A DNA stretch of 64,000 nucleotides from Octopus bimaculoides (Eukaryota), in the NCBI RefSeq assembly GCF_001194135.2, contig NC_068984.1, positions 60,810,871 through 60,874,870 of the forward strand, written 5' to 3'. The position numbers and the translations under genes were made by a program. This document shows, piece by piece, positions 39,431 to 52,837 of the stretch. The notes beneath the pieces are model-generated. The model did not search any database. It saw only the letters and a program-made list of their open reading frames with translations, and had not been told where the DNA came from. The stretch's first letter is position 1. Each line of letters opens with the position of its first letter.

Positions 39431-40338
39431 ATAACGTATGTATATATGCATATGGGCATTTATATATATGTGCGTGTGTACTTATATATTTATATACATA
39501 TAAATATATGTATATATGTACATATATATATATGCATATATGTATATATGTATATAAATATATTTATATATATACATATATATTTATAGATATATGCATA
39601 TATATGTATGTATGTATATATACATGTATGTATGTATGTATGTATGTATGTATTAGTATGTGCTTGTTTGTTAAAACTATGCAACACGCAAATTAGATAA
39701 AAGAACTCAGTACTAGTTTGTAGTAGAGTAAATTAAATTTATGGATATCTTTGTTCACAAACGTACCATTTGATTCGCTCTGCTGGAGTTTATCAAAATG
39801 TTTTGGAAAGCTTTATCGGAGCGAAACAAATTGTACGTGTGTCATCAACGATATCAATAAAAACATACATGCATACACATAAGTACACATACACATAAAT
39901 GCATACATGAATACACATAAGTAAGAATTAATATGCACACACATATATGCATATATGTATGCATATATGTGCATATAAATATGCATATATGTACACACAC
40001 ACACGCATATATATATATATATATATATATNNNNNNNNNNNNNNNNNNNNNNNNNNNNNNNNNNNNNNNNNNNNNNNNNNNNNNNNNNNNNNNNNNNNNN
40101 NNNNNNNNNNNNNNNNNNNNNNNNNNNNNNNNNNNNNNNNNNNNNNNNNNNNNNNNNNNNNNNNNNNNNNNNNNNNNNNNNNNNNNNNNNNNNNNNNNNN
40201 NNNNNNNNNNNNNNNNNNNNNNNNNNNNNNNNNNNNNNNNNNNNNNNNNNNNNNNNNNNNNNNNNNNNNNNNNNNNNNNNNNNNNNNNNNNNNNNNNNNN
40301 NNNNNNNNNNNNNNNNNNNNNNNNNNNNNNCCATCATA

Positions 40339-40380
<42 letters not shown>

Positions 40381-40381
<1 letters not shown>

Positions 40382-40601
40382 TTTTGTGTGTCTGTGTTTG
40401 TCCCCCCCCAACATCGCTTGACAACCGATGCTGGTGTGTTTACGTCCCCGTAACTTAACGGTTCGGCTAATGAAACCGATAGAATAAGTACTAGGCTTAC
40501 AAAGAATAAGTCCTGGGGTCGATTAGCTCGACTAAAAGGCGGTGCTCCAGCATGGCCACAGTCAAATGACTGAAACAAGTAAAAGAGTAAAGAGTAAAGA
40601 G
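40381..40601 (+). mobile_element. SINE family B 3' half
   Basis: CATCGCTTGACAACCGATGCTGG...GGCGGTGCTCCAGCATGGCC...CTGAAACAAGTAAAAGAGTAAAGAG. Confidence 0.9.
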
Positions 40602-40632
<31 letters not shown>

Positions 40633-41763
40633 ACTCCCCGCGTTGCAACCACCTCAGGTTATAGGATCTCGCGCTTACGGAAATTGTAAATTATGTGTAC
40701 TAATTTCGCTTTTATAGTAAACTGGAGAAATTGGAAAAATATTAACAACTACACTTTCTGCTTAGCCAAAAGGTCATTTCTCGGCATTTTACCTAAGATC
40801 AAAGTAGTTAATTAGAAAATCTATAATAATGACACACAGAATCGCGCGCGCGCGCACACACACACACACATGTGCATGTGTATATAAAAGTTTGTCATTA
40901 CAAACACTTACTGAGTGTGACATGGAATATTTCACACTGATTATTTTTGTGTAGTTCGTGCATATTGCGTTCCAATGTCTATCTATCTATCTATCTATCT
41001 ATCTATGTACTTGCCTGCCTGTCTACCTGTCTGTCTTTTTGTCTGTTTATCTATCTATCTATCTATCTATCTATCTGACATTCACCAACATCACTATCTA
41101 TCATCAACAGACACACAAGCAGCATCAACACCCAAACTAATACAATCAAAGCCATTACTTACGCACCAACTCCCTAATGACCAAAAACAGGAACAACAAT
41201 AGTATGAATAAGATAAACAGCTCCAAATGAAATGAGATAAAACAACGGCATGAGATAAAGTAATACTCAAGCATATTTTGAATGTTGATTGGAATGTTAT
41301 TGAAAAGTCAATGAAGTTTGGCTTTAGGCTAACAACAACAACAATACCTACACCGAACACGAATAAACCAACACCATCATTACCAACACACTAACTTTTG
41401 AATAATCAATTGGTAATAAAAATAATAGTACCAACATGATAGCTATATCTGTAGTTACATATGCTGAATGTCAATACAACAGTGCTTATGCGTGTGTAAG
41501 TAGAATGTAGAGTTTTATGGCTCAAGTTAGAAACGGAAGGAGCGAAGCGCTCATTAATCTAGTAACTCTTTAAGCATCTGTCATTGTGCAGGCCTTCCTC
41601 CCACCTCACTCCTTCACCTTTTCATTTTCACATTTCTGTTGTTATATCCATAGGAATAAGAAAAATATGTTGCTCTCACAAAACAACTGTTTCCTGATGC
41701 AGCTTTTCGCTTAATATTTGGTATTGATCACCATTGCTGCGGCATTTAACCCATAATCCAAGA

Positions 41764-42430
41764 TGGATGGAAAGAAGCCATTAACGGAAGTTCAAGGACG
41801 TAGTGCAGAAAAGAACAGTAAACGGATTACACTGGATATTACACTTGGTGTCTTAAGAAGAATTCATGTGGGAGAAAAAAAAATCAGCCACATTGCTAAA
41901 GATTAATGCCGACAGCCACTATAATAGGATCAATACGTGACAATAACAAAGAATTGAGAGAAGTGCTCAAGAAGTTACCCTGTTAAAACTGCTTGGACCT
42001 TATTTTTTCGTAGATCTAATGTGATGCTTAAAATGGGTGTACGGATTGAAAACCAGACTCTAGGTATTGCGCTGATTAGCACAACGGAAATTAAGAAAAG
42101 TCACAACTTTGTATGACGGTTTGCCGTAAAACGAAGGCGAAGCTTCTAATGAAAAATCTTTCCTGACTAGTAAATGCTTGTTCGAAAGGCTGAAGAAGCA
42201 TGTGAATATGCATTACATGTTATTATTGACTCGTATCAGATGTTGATACAAGTTTACAAAAATGGTCTGACGCTCCTTGCGATGATATCAATTAAAGACC
42301 GCTCCTCGTGTACCACTTCCAAGGTTGCAAAAAATTTAATTTGCCTGATTTGGCGTTTAAATAAGAAGGCGTGCATGACTAGGAACCTGTTTTGAAGAGA
42401 GGTTTACGAATTTCTCTTCGAATACTTTTA
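41764..42430 (+). pseudogene. Tigger/pogo transposase remnant (CENP-B-like HTH plus start of the DDE domain)
   Basis: MDGKKPL...KRITLDITLGVLRRIHVGEKK; RSNVMLKM...IENQT; FLTSKCLFERLKKHVNMH; KNGLTLLA...IWRLNKKACMTRNLF. Confidence 0.8.
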
Positions 42431-42852
42431 TGCTTAAATATTTTACTGTGGATGTTTAGAAATTTTCTTTTTTCTGCATAAGATATGGTGCCTTTAGGCC
42501 TTGCTTTTCGTTATTTTTTGAAAATAACTGTAGGAACGCTGTTTCACTCTATAATATAAAAATTAACAAGAAAAATAATTTCGCGTTATGACAAATTTTT
42601 CTGGAGAGTAAATTAATCCCGTAAGATTGTTGCACAGATATATATATNNNNNNNNNNNNNNNNNNNNNNNNNNNNNNNNNNNNNNNNNNNNNNNNNNNNN
42701 NNNNNNNNNNNNNNNNNNNNNNNNNNNNNNNNNNNNNNNNNNNNNNNNNNNNNNNNNNNNNNNNNNNNNNNNNNNNNNNNNNNNNNNNNNNNNNNNNNNN
42801 NNNNNNNNNNNNNNNNNNNNNNNNNNNGCACACGAATGCGCATATATATGTG

Positions 42853-43175
42853 TGAAGGTACATGGCTCAGTGGTTAGAGCGTCGCGAGGTTGTGAGTTCG
42901 AATCCCGGATCGGGTTGCGTGTTGTGTTCTTGAGCAAGACACTTTATTCCACGTTTCTCCAATTCACTCAGCTGTAGAAATGAGTTGCGACGTCACAGGT
43001 GCCAAGCTGTATCACCCTTTGCCTTTCCCTTGGATAACACTGCTGGCGTGGAGAGGGAGGCTGGTATGCATGGGCGACTTCTGGTCTTCCATAAACAACC
43101 TTGCCCGGACTTGTGCTTCGGAGAGTAACTTTCTAGGTGCAATCCCATGGTCAATCATGACCGAAAGGGGTCACA
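42853..43175 (+). mobile_element. tRNA-derived SINE family D (CORE-like centre)
   Basis: TGGCTCAGTGGTTAGAGCG A box, GAGTTCGAATCCC B box, TTGAGCAAGACACTTT...CAGCTGTAGAAATGAGT. Confidence 0.88.
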
Positions 43176-43178
43176 GCA

Positions 43179-43213
<35 letters not shown>

Positions 43214-43799
43214 TGAGGAGGGTATTGGATTTAACCAATATATTTGACAAAAATGAGTGAAAAACTACAGAAGGCTTGTGTTATATGGTTAAAGTATATA
43301 TTTAAATCGTTATATTAGAAAAATGTTATAAAATTTTGAGTATAGTAACATTGTTTTTGGAGAAATAACCAGTTTCGTATTTTCTTTTCAAATGTCACAA
43401 ATTTCTTTACATATATCGTATCATGTCTTCGCTATGGTGTAACATATGAAGTTCCAGATAGGGGAAGGTAATCATATATGTATATATATATATACACAAT
43501 ATAAAGAAAATGGAAGGGAGCAAAATTGACATATAGTCATTTACATCCTAATGGATGGAGAGTTCATTACAGACTGAATAGCAGCTTCTGTATGTAAGTG
43601 TGTGTCTTTGGATTCTGTTCTAAAAATAGCTAGATGTTAAACTACGACCATGGTGGAAATGGTTAGTTGCAGTTCTGAAGAACTAGGTATACTCCTATTC
43701 ACCCTTATTGGTATTTAGATAGTTTTTTTAGAAGCTTGCTGCCACTCTTCTCTCTATTCATTTGTCAAGAGAATAAAGAATAAGAAATAAAAATTGATA

Positions 43800-44296
43800 T
43801 GCGTAGGAGTGGCTGTGTGGTAAGTAGTTAGCTTACCAACCACATGGTTCCTGGTTCAGTCCCACTGCGTGGCACCTTGGGCAAGTGTCTTCTACTATAA
43901 GATTTACGATGCTTCTGCGGTAAGATACAGTGCACTCAGAGCGGAGTGTTTGTGCAGCTTAATGAAGAAACAGCTGTAAGCTAATGATATGGGTCACGTA
44001 ATTCCTGTTCCCTTGTGAGTGGATTCGGTAGACGGAAACTGAAAGAAGCCCGTCGTATATTTGTATATACATATGTATGTGCCTGTGTATGTTTGTGTGC
44101 CTGTGTTTGTCCCCCTAACATCGCTTGACAACCGATGCTGGTGTGTTTAGTTCCCCGTAATTTAGCGGTTCGGCACAAGAGACCGATAAAATAAGTACTA
44201 CGATTACAAAGAATAAGTCCTGGGGTCGATTTGCTCGACTAAAGGCAGTGCTGCAGCATGGCCACAGTCAAATGACTGAAACAAGTAAAAGAGTAT
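43800..44296 (+). mobile_element. SINE family B, full length, with a 109-bp foreign insert at 43908-44016
   Basis: Head GGAGTGGCTGTGTGGTAAG...GGTTCAGTCCC, CORE-like CCTTGGGCAAGTGTC, tail CTGAAACAAGTAAAAGAG. Confidence 0.9.
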
Positions 44297-44548
44297 AAGT
44301 TAGTATCCAAATCTATTTACTTATTGCATATGAATATAAGAAACTCCCTTTCCCTAATTCATTTAATTTATTTATTTAGATATATCAGCTGATAGTAAAG
44401 ATTTCAATGTGTATTCTTCTCTCCATCCTTTAGGTTAGTTAGAAGAAACTATCCATTCATTACGATGTAAATGAATATATATCAATTTTGCCCTGAATAG
44501 ATTTTACCTTCTAAATTCATAATGCAATTTTAATTGTAAAATATGAAT

Positions 44549-44730
44549 CATCATCATCAGCATCATCATCGTTTAATGTCCGCTTTCCATGCTAGCATGG
44601 GTTGGACGATTTGACTGAGGACTGGTGAAACCGGATGGCAATACCAGGCTCCAATCTAATTTGGCAGAGTTTCTACAGTTGGATGCCCTTCCTAACGCCA
44701 ACCACTCAGAAAGTGTAGTGGGTGCTTTTA
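44549..44730 (-). mobile_element. 3' end of an RTE-type retroposon/SINE with (ATG)n tail
   Basis: (CAT)n followed by CGTTTAATGTCCGCTTTCCATGC...GGATGCCCTTCCTAACGCCAACC. Confidence 0.7.
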
Positions 44731-45620
44731 CGTGTCACCCGCACGAAGGCCAGTCAGGCGGTACTGGCAACGGCCACGCTCGAAATGGTGTCTTTTATGT
44801 GCCACCCGCACAAAAGCCAGTCCAGGGGCACTGGCAACGATCCCGTCCCGCTCAAAACATTTCATGTGTCACCCGCACAAGAGCCAGCCCAGGGGCACTG
44901 GCAACAATCTCGCTCANNNNNNNNNNNNNNNNNNNNNNNNNNNNNNNNNNNNNNNNNNNNNNNNNNNNNNNNNNNNNNNNNNNNNNNNNNNNNNNNNNNN
45001 NNNNNNNNNNNNNNNNNNNNNNNNNNNNNNNNNNNNNNNNNNNNNNNNNNNNNNNNNNNNNNNNNNNNNNNNNNNNNNNNNNNNNNNNNNNNNNNNNNNN
45101 NNNNNNNNNNNNNNNNNNNNNNNNNNNNNNNNNNNNNNNNNNNNNNNNNNNNNNNNNNNNNNNNNNNNNNNNNNNNNNNNNNNNNNNNNNNNNNNNNNNN
45201 NNNNNNNNNNNNNNNNNNNNNNNNNNNNNNNNNNNNNNNNNNNNNNNNNNNNNNNNNNNNNNNNNNNNNNNNNNNNNNNNNNNNNNNNNNNNNNNNNNNN
45301 NNNNNNNNNNNNNNNNNNNNNNNNNNNNNNNNNNNNNNNNNNNNNNNNNNNNNNNNNNNNNNNNNNNNNNNNNNNNNNNNNNNNNNNNNNNNNNNNNNNN
45401 NNNNNNGTCGCCCGCACAAGAGCCAGCCCAGGGGCACCGGCAACGATCCCGCTCGGAAAGATTTCATGTGTCGCCCGCACATGAGCCAGTCCAGGGGCAC
45501 TGGCAACGATCCCGTCCCGCTCAAAACATTTCATGTGTCACCCGCACAAGAGCCAGCCCAGGGGCACTGGCAACAATCTCGCTCAAAAGACCCCATGTGT
45601 CGCCCGCACACGAGCCAGTC
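44731..45620. repeat. GC-rich minisatellite, 62-67 bp unit, spanning a gap
   Basis: Unit CATGTGTCRCCCGCACAAGAGCCAGYCCAGGGGCACTGGCAAC...; at least 7 units visible. Confidence 0.95.
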
Positions 45621-46030
45621 GAAGCTGAGAAATTGAAACGAACGTATGCGACAAGAAATTGACTATTATATAAATAAATAAATTTCTGTGGTTACCCCTC
45701 CATTTTCTTTATATTATATTATTAAAATTCTGTTCTCCTATATCGGATGGATGGAAACATCTATAACGACAACTGGAATTTCATAAGTGTAAAGTACTGA
45801 TGTCGAAGAAGAACCATCAATAGGTACTAATGCTAACACAAATTAACAAATCCGAGGAATATTAATCGATATGGAGCTAAACCGGTGTAGGCTTGGATGA
45901 AATATATCCCTGAGAAAAAGCAGCTTCTTTCCATTCGAAACTATATATATGTGTGTGTGTATGTGTATGACTGTATGTGCTTGTAACACATTTATGCGCG
46001 CCCATACACATGCATAAACACACACACATA

Positions 46031-46084
<54 letters not shown>

Positions 46085-46351
46085 TAAATAAATGTCAAGG
46101 GAAGAAGAATTACGTATTCAAGTTTAGCTTACAGATGCTTCTGCGGTAAGATACAGTGCACTCAGAGCCTAGGGTTTGTCCAGCTTAATGCAGAAACAGC
46201 TGTAAGCTAATGATATGGGTCACGTAATTCCTGTTCCCTTGTCATTTATTAATTTGATTTTGCGCTCTATATTCATCTTACGTCATATTCTAAAGCATAT
46301 GTATATTGAGTTCTAACACCAGCGTATTAGTGTGGCTATGCCAAAGCAAAA

Positions 46352-46493
<142 letters not shown>

Positions 46494-46714
46494 TGTATAT
46501 GCGTGTGTGTATGTGTATGTATGCGTGTGCGTGTGCGCATATTTGTGTGTGTGTGTATGTATATATGTATACATATACTATTTCCTATGTCACACTAAAC
46601 GCAGATATACTGGTGAAAGTTTGGAAATTAAGATATTTGTTTCAAAGTAGTACGTCTTTTATGCATAGAAATATATCAGTAACAGACGAAAATCGTCTAG
46701 TTGCAGAGATGGCA

Positions 46715-46759
46715 TTGCTAAACATATATTTCTGCTCCTTTGAGCTTCGTCAGCAGCAA
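46715..46759 (-). ncRNA. Degenerate minimal type I hammerhead ribozyme motif
   Basis: ttgctg CUGACGA a gctc aaag gagc a GAAA t atat g UU tagcaa: 6-bp stem I, 4-bp stem II, near-palindromic stem III. Confidence 0.5.
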
Positions 46760-47047
46760 GTATCTAATAGCAACGGCATGCTAAGACAACTGTAGTCTCT
46801 ATTAATATAAAATGAATCCAGTGATATGTCACTGAAAATTGCATTCTGTATCAACGACTTTAATTGTTGGAATTTGTTTTACCAGTAGAGGCTAAGACTG
46901 TCTTATATTTTGTAGCATATTCAAACTGTTGAGGAAGATCTTGAAAACCTACTGAACCAAAATATATAACTTTATATCTGTTCTAGAAGTGTTGAGTCTT
47001 TTCCACAGTAACTGTTGTTGTTTGTAGTATAAAAACACTAATATTAA

Positions 47048-47122
<75 letters not shown>

Positions 47123-47584
47123 GCGCGTGTGTGTGAGTTTGTGTGTGTATGTGTGTTTATGTGAGTGCATATTTGTATGCATGTGTTGGTGCGCAGGTGA
47201 GCATATTTGTGTATTCAGCTGCGTACATACACATATATACAAAAGCTCATAAAGTATACCATAATGTTGTCATATCATGTATATGTACACCAGTAATGAA
47301 ATGTAGAATGTTTAATATATGTGTATTTTTGTTTTGGAAATGAAGGCTCATACACCAATACTAATTTATATACATTTATATACATACATAAATACATTCA
47401 GATATAAACACACATGTGCACACATATTATAAACATTATACACATACATACATACATACATACATACATACATACAAACATACAAACATACATACAGAGA
47501 CAGAAATAGAGGTTATGAGGGACATGTATATCGAGACACGAGGAAGAGTGAAAGAAGAAATAGAGAAAAGCGTGTGTAGGTGTG

Positions 47585-47662
<78 letters not shown>

Positions 47663-48039
47663 ATAGATAGACAGGAAGATTTGCAATTACACATAAAAGA
47701 ATATAACGTATTTGATATACAGTCTGCATACAGTCTCTGTTGATAGTTGGCAATATTTGGCAATATTTCTTGGCTGTTCAATTTTTTGTGTCGGTGTGAA
47801 AATAGGCACATCTTTATATATAATTTGGGCATAAATATGCATAAAGCAACTTGTACATGCACATCGATATGTGCATATATGTACATGGATAAGAAAACAT
47901 ATATGTATATTGACAGATATGTACATCCTGTATTTGATTCTCGTTTTTTGTAAGCCAAAAGCTAGGTTGCAAAAACGTATGTTTACTAGCAAATATATAA
48001 ATGCATACATGTATTTTACACACATGTGTATTTGTGTGT

Positions 48040-48095
<56 letters not shown>

Positions 48096-48105
48096 NNNNN
48101 NNNNN

Positions 48106-48150
<45 letters not shown>

Positions 48151-48889
48151 AACATATATATATGTGTGTGTGTGTGTGTGTATATGTATGTATGTACACA
48201 CACACACATGTATATATATATACATATATATATGTACATATTTACAAATGTATATGCACACGTCTTTAAATTTTGTTTTACACATACATACCAGAATATA
48301 AAATATACATGTATGCGTGTATACATACATACATACATACATACACACATACATACATAGACATACACACACACTTACACACACATATAGTTATGACGTA
48401 ACTACATACACATTCATATATGCATACATCCGCATAAATCATACGTATATATATATATATATATATTTGTATACACACACACGCATACACATATTTCTAT
48501 TCACACACATGCACACAACGAATTGTTTGCTGTATGTGTGGGCGCGCGCTCGTATGCATATTTTAATACACAAATTATAATTACCCGTACGTCATTTTCA
48601 ATAAAGGTAAAGTAAGGAAATGAAATTTTATAGCGTATGCCACAGATTGTTCATACAGGCTTTAAAGTTATTTAATTACTGATGAAATAAACTGTGATAT
48701 ACTAAATTATATAAAAAATACTATTTTCAACAATACTCATTTAACGACACGATATTTTCCATCAAATTTCTATGTACATGTCTATATTAATGCTGATACC
48801 TAAGCTGAATTTAAAGCAGCTAAAATACAGTTATTAAAGTCTTTTCTGTAAAACTCTTCGGAGGTTCAAATTCACCATACTAAGGGTAA

Positions 48890-49192
48890 AGGGCCCCTTC
48901 GATCATGAATGGGAATGTTCCCCTCTGAAGCACAAGTCTGTGCTAGGTTGTTTGTGGAAGACCAGCAGTCGCCCATGCATACCATTCTCCTCCCTCCACG
49001 CCACTGGGAAAGGCAAAGTCCGATACAGCTCGGCATCAGCGAAATTACAACTCATTTCTACAGCTGCATGAACTAGAGCAACGTGACATAAGGTGACTTG
49101 CTGAAGAGCACAACACATTTCCCGGTCCGAAAATCGAACTCACAACCTCACGACTCTAAACCCGACGCTCTAACCACTAATACATGTGCTTT
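48890..49192 (-). mobile_element. SINE family D copy
   Basis: Reverse complement matches 42853-43175 (CAGTCGCCCATGCATACC, CATTTCTACAGCTG, CTAACCACT). Confidence 0.85.
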
Positions 49193-49674
49193 CACACACC
49201 TTACTCCTTACTACAAGTACACCCTCGTTATGCCTATGAAGGAAACTATAAAAAAAAAACTCAAAGCAGAACTTAGTGTTAATGGCTAAACTAGTTTGTA
49301 TACCAATGCCTGATTAATTAATTAATGAGTGTTTAGAGCAAAATAACATGTAAACTATTTTCTCTATATAAGAATTGTCTAACTTCATAAAATCTTTAAT
49401 TCAGCATTATTTATTTTCATCGGGTTATACCGTGCTGACGATTCTAAAGAAGGACGAAATAGTGCTATACGTAACTACTAAAAACTGTAATGTAGAAGAA
49501 AATAAATATTAATTATGTATGCTCCGTACACCTTTACGCTTCGATTCAAATTTCAAACTTCTAAATTCGCCTCAAATTTGCTTAATCGAGAAGGGATTGC
49601 ATACCCTAGAAAACTTATTACCAGGGACACACAGCCTGTATAGCATGTATAGAAAACCTAATATAAATTTCAAG

Positions 49675-50050
49675 TAGTTGAGTGGTTGTATAATAAGAAG
49701 TTTGCTTCCGAACTACTTGGTTCCGGGCTCAGTCTCACTGCGTGCAATCTTGGTTAGTGTCCTCAGGCCGACGTAAAACCGTGTGTGGTGGATTTAGTAG
49801 ATGGAAACTGAAAGAAGCACGTCGCATCTATCTCTTTCTCTCTCTCACTCTACATGTGTGTGTGTGTTTGTCTCCCAACACCGCTTGACAGTGTTGGTGT
49901 GTTTACGTCCCTGTAAAGTATTTCAACAAAAGACACCAATAGAATAATTACCAGGCTTAAAAAATTAGGACTGGGGCCGATTTGTTTGACTAAAATTCTT
50001 CAAGGCGGTGTCTCAGCATGACTTCCGTCAAATGACAGAAACCATCAATA
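49675..50050 (+). mobile_element. SINE family B, degenerate full length
   Basis: GGAAACTGAAAGAAGC, CCGCTTGACA, GGCGGTG...CAGCATG. Confidence 0.8.
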
Positions 50051-52622
50051 AATAAATGATAAACTAGTTTTTAATGTCTATGCTGTGAAATTCTAAACAG
50101 ATTTAAATCCCTCTGGGTATTCTCTTTTATTTTTATTAAACAAAAGCATTAACTAAATAAAAACGTCAATATATGAAACAAAGTTATATATTTTTAGAGG
50201 CAGTAATATTTTCGGAGTTTCGCCAAATCTGGTTTTTCAAACTGTTTGAGAAACCAAACGTGGTAAAGCTTCAGTCACCTCTTTCATTGTTGTTTATGAC
50301 ATAAATATGTAGTATATACTAGTTTATAGCTAGTATAAACATGTGTGGGGAAGCATACACATACGCGCACACATACGAATTCACACACACACACACACAC
50401 ACACAATCACACATACACATATATATGTATATATGTGTAGATGCACACATACACACATATACACACATGGTTAAAATGTACAAAAGAAGTGAGTGAACAA
50501 CAAACAAAGCGTATTAGTTTGATGCTCAGGAAAATGGATAAGTTATTTGATGTTTCGAGCCCACTCTCTTCATATATGCATATACAGCTTCTACATTAAC
50601 TGAGCAACCTCTAAACACTTTTGAAAATGAAGCATTGAGTCAATCTCTCTTGTCAAAACGATTTATACCAAATTTATCGCAAATGACCACTAAGCTCCTC
50701 TCAGTCATACTTATTATCGCAGTTACATTCTTGACATATTTCTATTCTCACCATTTGTAGCACTTACATACTTTATGGTTTTGAATGCATAAAGTAATTA
50801 AATAATTAATTATTTATTGTCATCATTTCTGTTGCAAGAGATGTCATATTTGCAATGTTAATTTGTTTTACATATCTCACAAAACATATAACACCTATTT
50901 TTTTACTCTTTAAAGCCATGATATATTGATCGATAATATTGCCCAAAATGTCATGAGTAAAGTTAAAGACAGTCTTCAGTGTTTTATTAAAAAATCACCA
51001 TTATTACAGTGATTTAGCTAACAGTGTAGTTTTAATAACATAGTGTGTTCGTCTGATCTGATGAAAAATCAAGTCTGTCAGCACAGATTCATATTTGTCC
51101 AATGATCGTGTATGAAATACTTTGCGTGGTAAGTTGTGATGTGAGGGAGTTTAACCTGTCATGTACAGTGTTAAGGAGCTGATAACTCTCTTTACCTGAT
51201 ATTCTTTAGAATATCAATCAATCGCATTCTAAGCATCAAAGTTAATAACATACGTATGAGACTATAACATAACAACATACCTAGCAAAGTAAAAACGTCA
51301 TAAAATATTTGTCAGCAATTTGCACTTCTAGATAGAATATCTTGTACTGTTTCTTTCGGCTCTCTTCGCTTTGACTTCAAATCTCGTCAAAGTCAACTTT
51401 GCTTTTCATCCCTTCAAGATTCAATTACTAAAAGATTTGCTCAGCTCTAGGGTAGATTCTTCTATCTTTCTAGATCGTTCTCTCTCTTTCTTTTTCCTAT
51501 TTTCTCTGGAAGAAATCAGTTGTGGTCAGACCTGGAAAGGAAGGCGTTATGTTATGTTTAAAATGCTTAAGACTCGACTCTACCGGGAGTTCAAGATCCA
51601 AGTAAAGCAAGAGCTATACTCCATAGCATTTCAAGTTAAAAATACTACTCAAACTATATCAGGATAATGAAATACTCTTCGGCACTTTAAATTAATATTT
51701 GTCAGTTTATATCGTAATCTTCCTTCCTAAATAGATGAGTTGCACATCCATATGGGACATATTTACAACTGAATGGACTAGGTTATTAAGGACCAAATAC
51801 CTTCGACAAGGATCATGGCACAGCCTCAGTGATGAGATATTAGCTTCTGTTGCTTCAGTTTTCAAGGACAACGTTTTAACACCACAACCAATTACATACA
51901 TTAACTGAGGCCTCGAAGGAGACTATGTTGTCACTTGGCTTCCACATCTCCCTCAAGTTACTCTCAGCCGTCTTAAAATAGAAAATAACTGTAGATGTTG
52001 TAGTCCTGGAACACCCTAAAAGAACGGAATGGTTATGATGAGGGGAATTCCACTCAATCATAATTGACCTGAGGCTAACATCCCACAGCAATATATTTCT
52101 CTCGCTGATCCTATTATTAAATTTACCATATTCTTCTAAATTTCACCATTAAAACATTTCTCTGTAATTAGTAAAATCTAAAAACAATTGTTTATAGAGA
52201 AAAATGATAAATTACATGTTTGAAGCTGTTTAGATTTCAATATGATACTATACCAAAATAAAAATAGTCTTGGAATGTCTGAATCGATTTTGTAATGAAA
52301 GCATTATAAAATTAAATATTAAATTTAGTTACTTCAAATTTATTAATATGACTTAATGAATTTAATGTTTCAGCTGTTACATCTCGACTGTTTTAAATCA
52401 CTTCTAAAAATTTTGTCATTGCTTGCTAAAATTCACGAGTATTACACTGAATAAATATGTATCAATAATGTTTTGAATTTTCTTTTTAAGTTATCTAGAG
52501 ATCATGAGCTCAAACCTTGATTCGGCCATTATATTTTTTGATTCTGAGACATATGGAGCTACTACCGTTTCCATTCAATTTTTGTTGACTCGCTGCCAAA
52601 TGAGTACCTCAGTATACTATTG

Positions 52623-52837
52623 TTCTCAAATTTTGGCAAAAGGTCAGCAAGTTCGTGGGGAGGGAGTAAGCCGATTACATCGCCCTCAATGCTCAACTGG
52701 TGCTTAATTTATCGACCCTTAAAGGATGAAAGACAAAGTCGACCTCAGCAAAATTTCAGCTCAGAACATGAAGACGGACGAAATGCCACTAAGAATTTTG
52801 CCCGGCATGCTAACGATTCTGCCGCGTTCGCCGCATT
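52623..52837 (-). mobile_element. SINE family A copy
   Basis: Family core and head CCCGGCATGCTAACGATTCTGCC. Confidence 0.88.

Noticed and set aside
44731-45620. CRISPR-like regular repeats
   Set aside because: Contiguous units without unique spacers, in a eukaryotic context; this is a minisatellite.
50525-50578. Hammerhead-like relic on the - strand (AUGAAGA GAG-UGGG-CUC GAAACAUC)
   Set aside because: The invariant C3 is missing and stem I does not form.
51900-51971. Minus-strand 72-nt exon candidate (TAESNLREMWKPSDNIVSFEASVN)
   Set aside because: Good acceptor and donor but no recognisable homology, and the + strand has an equally plausible short ORF.
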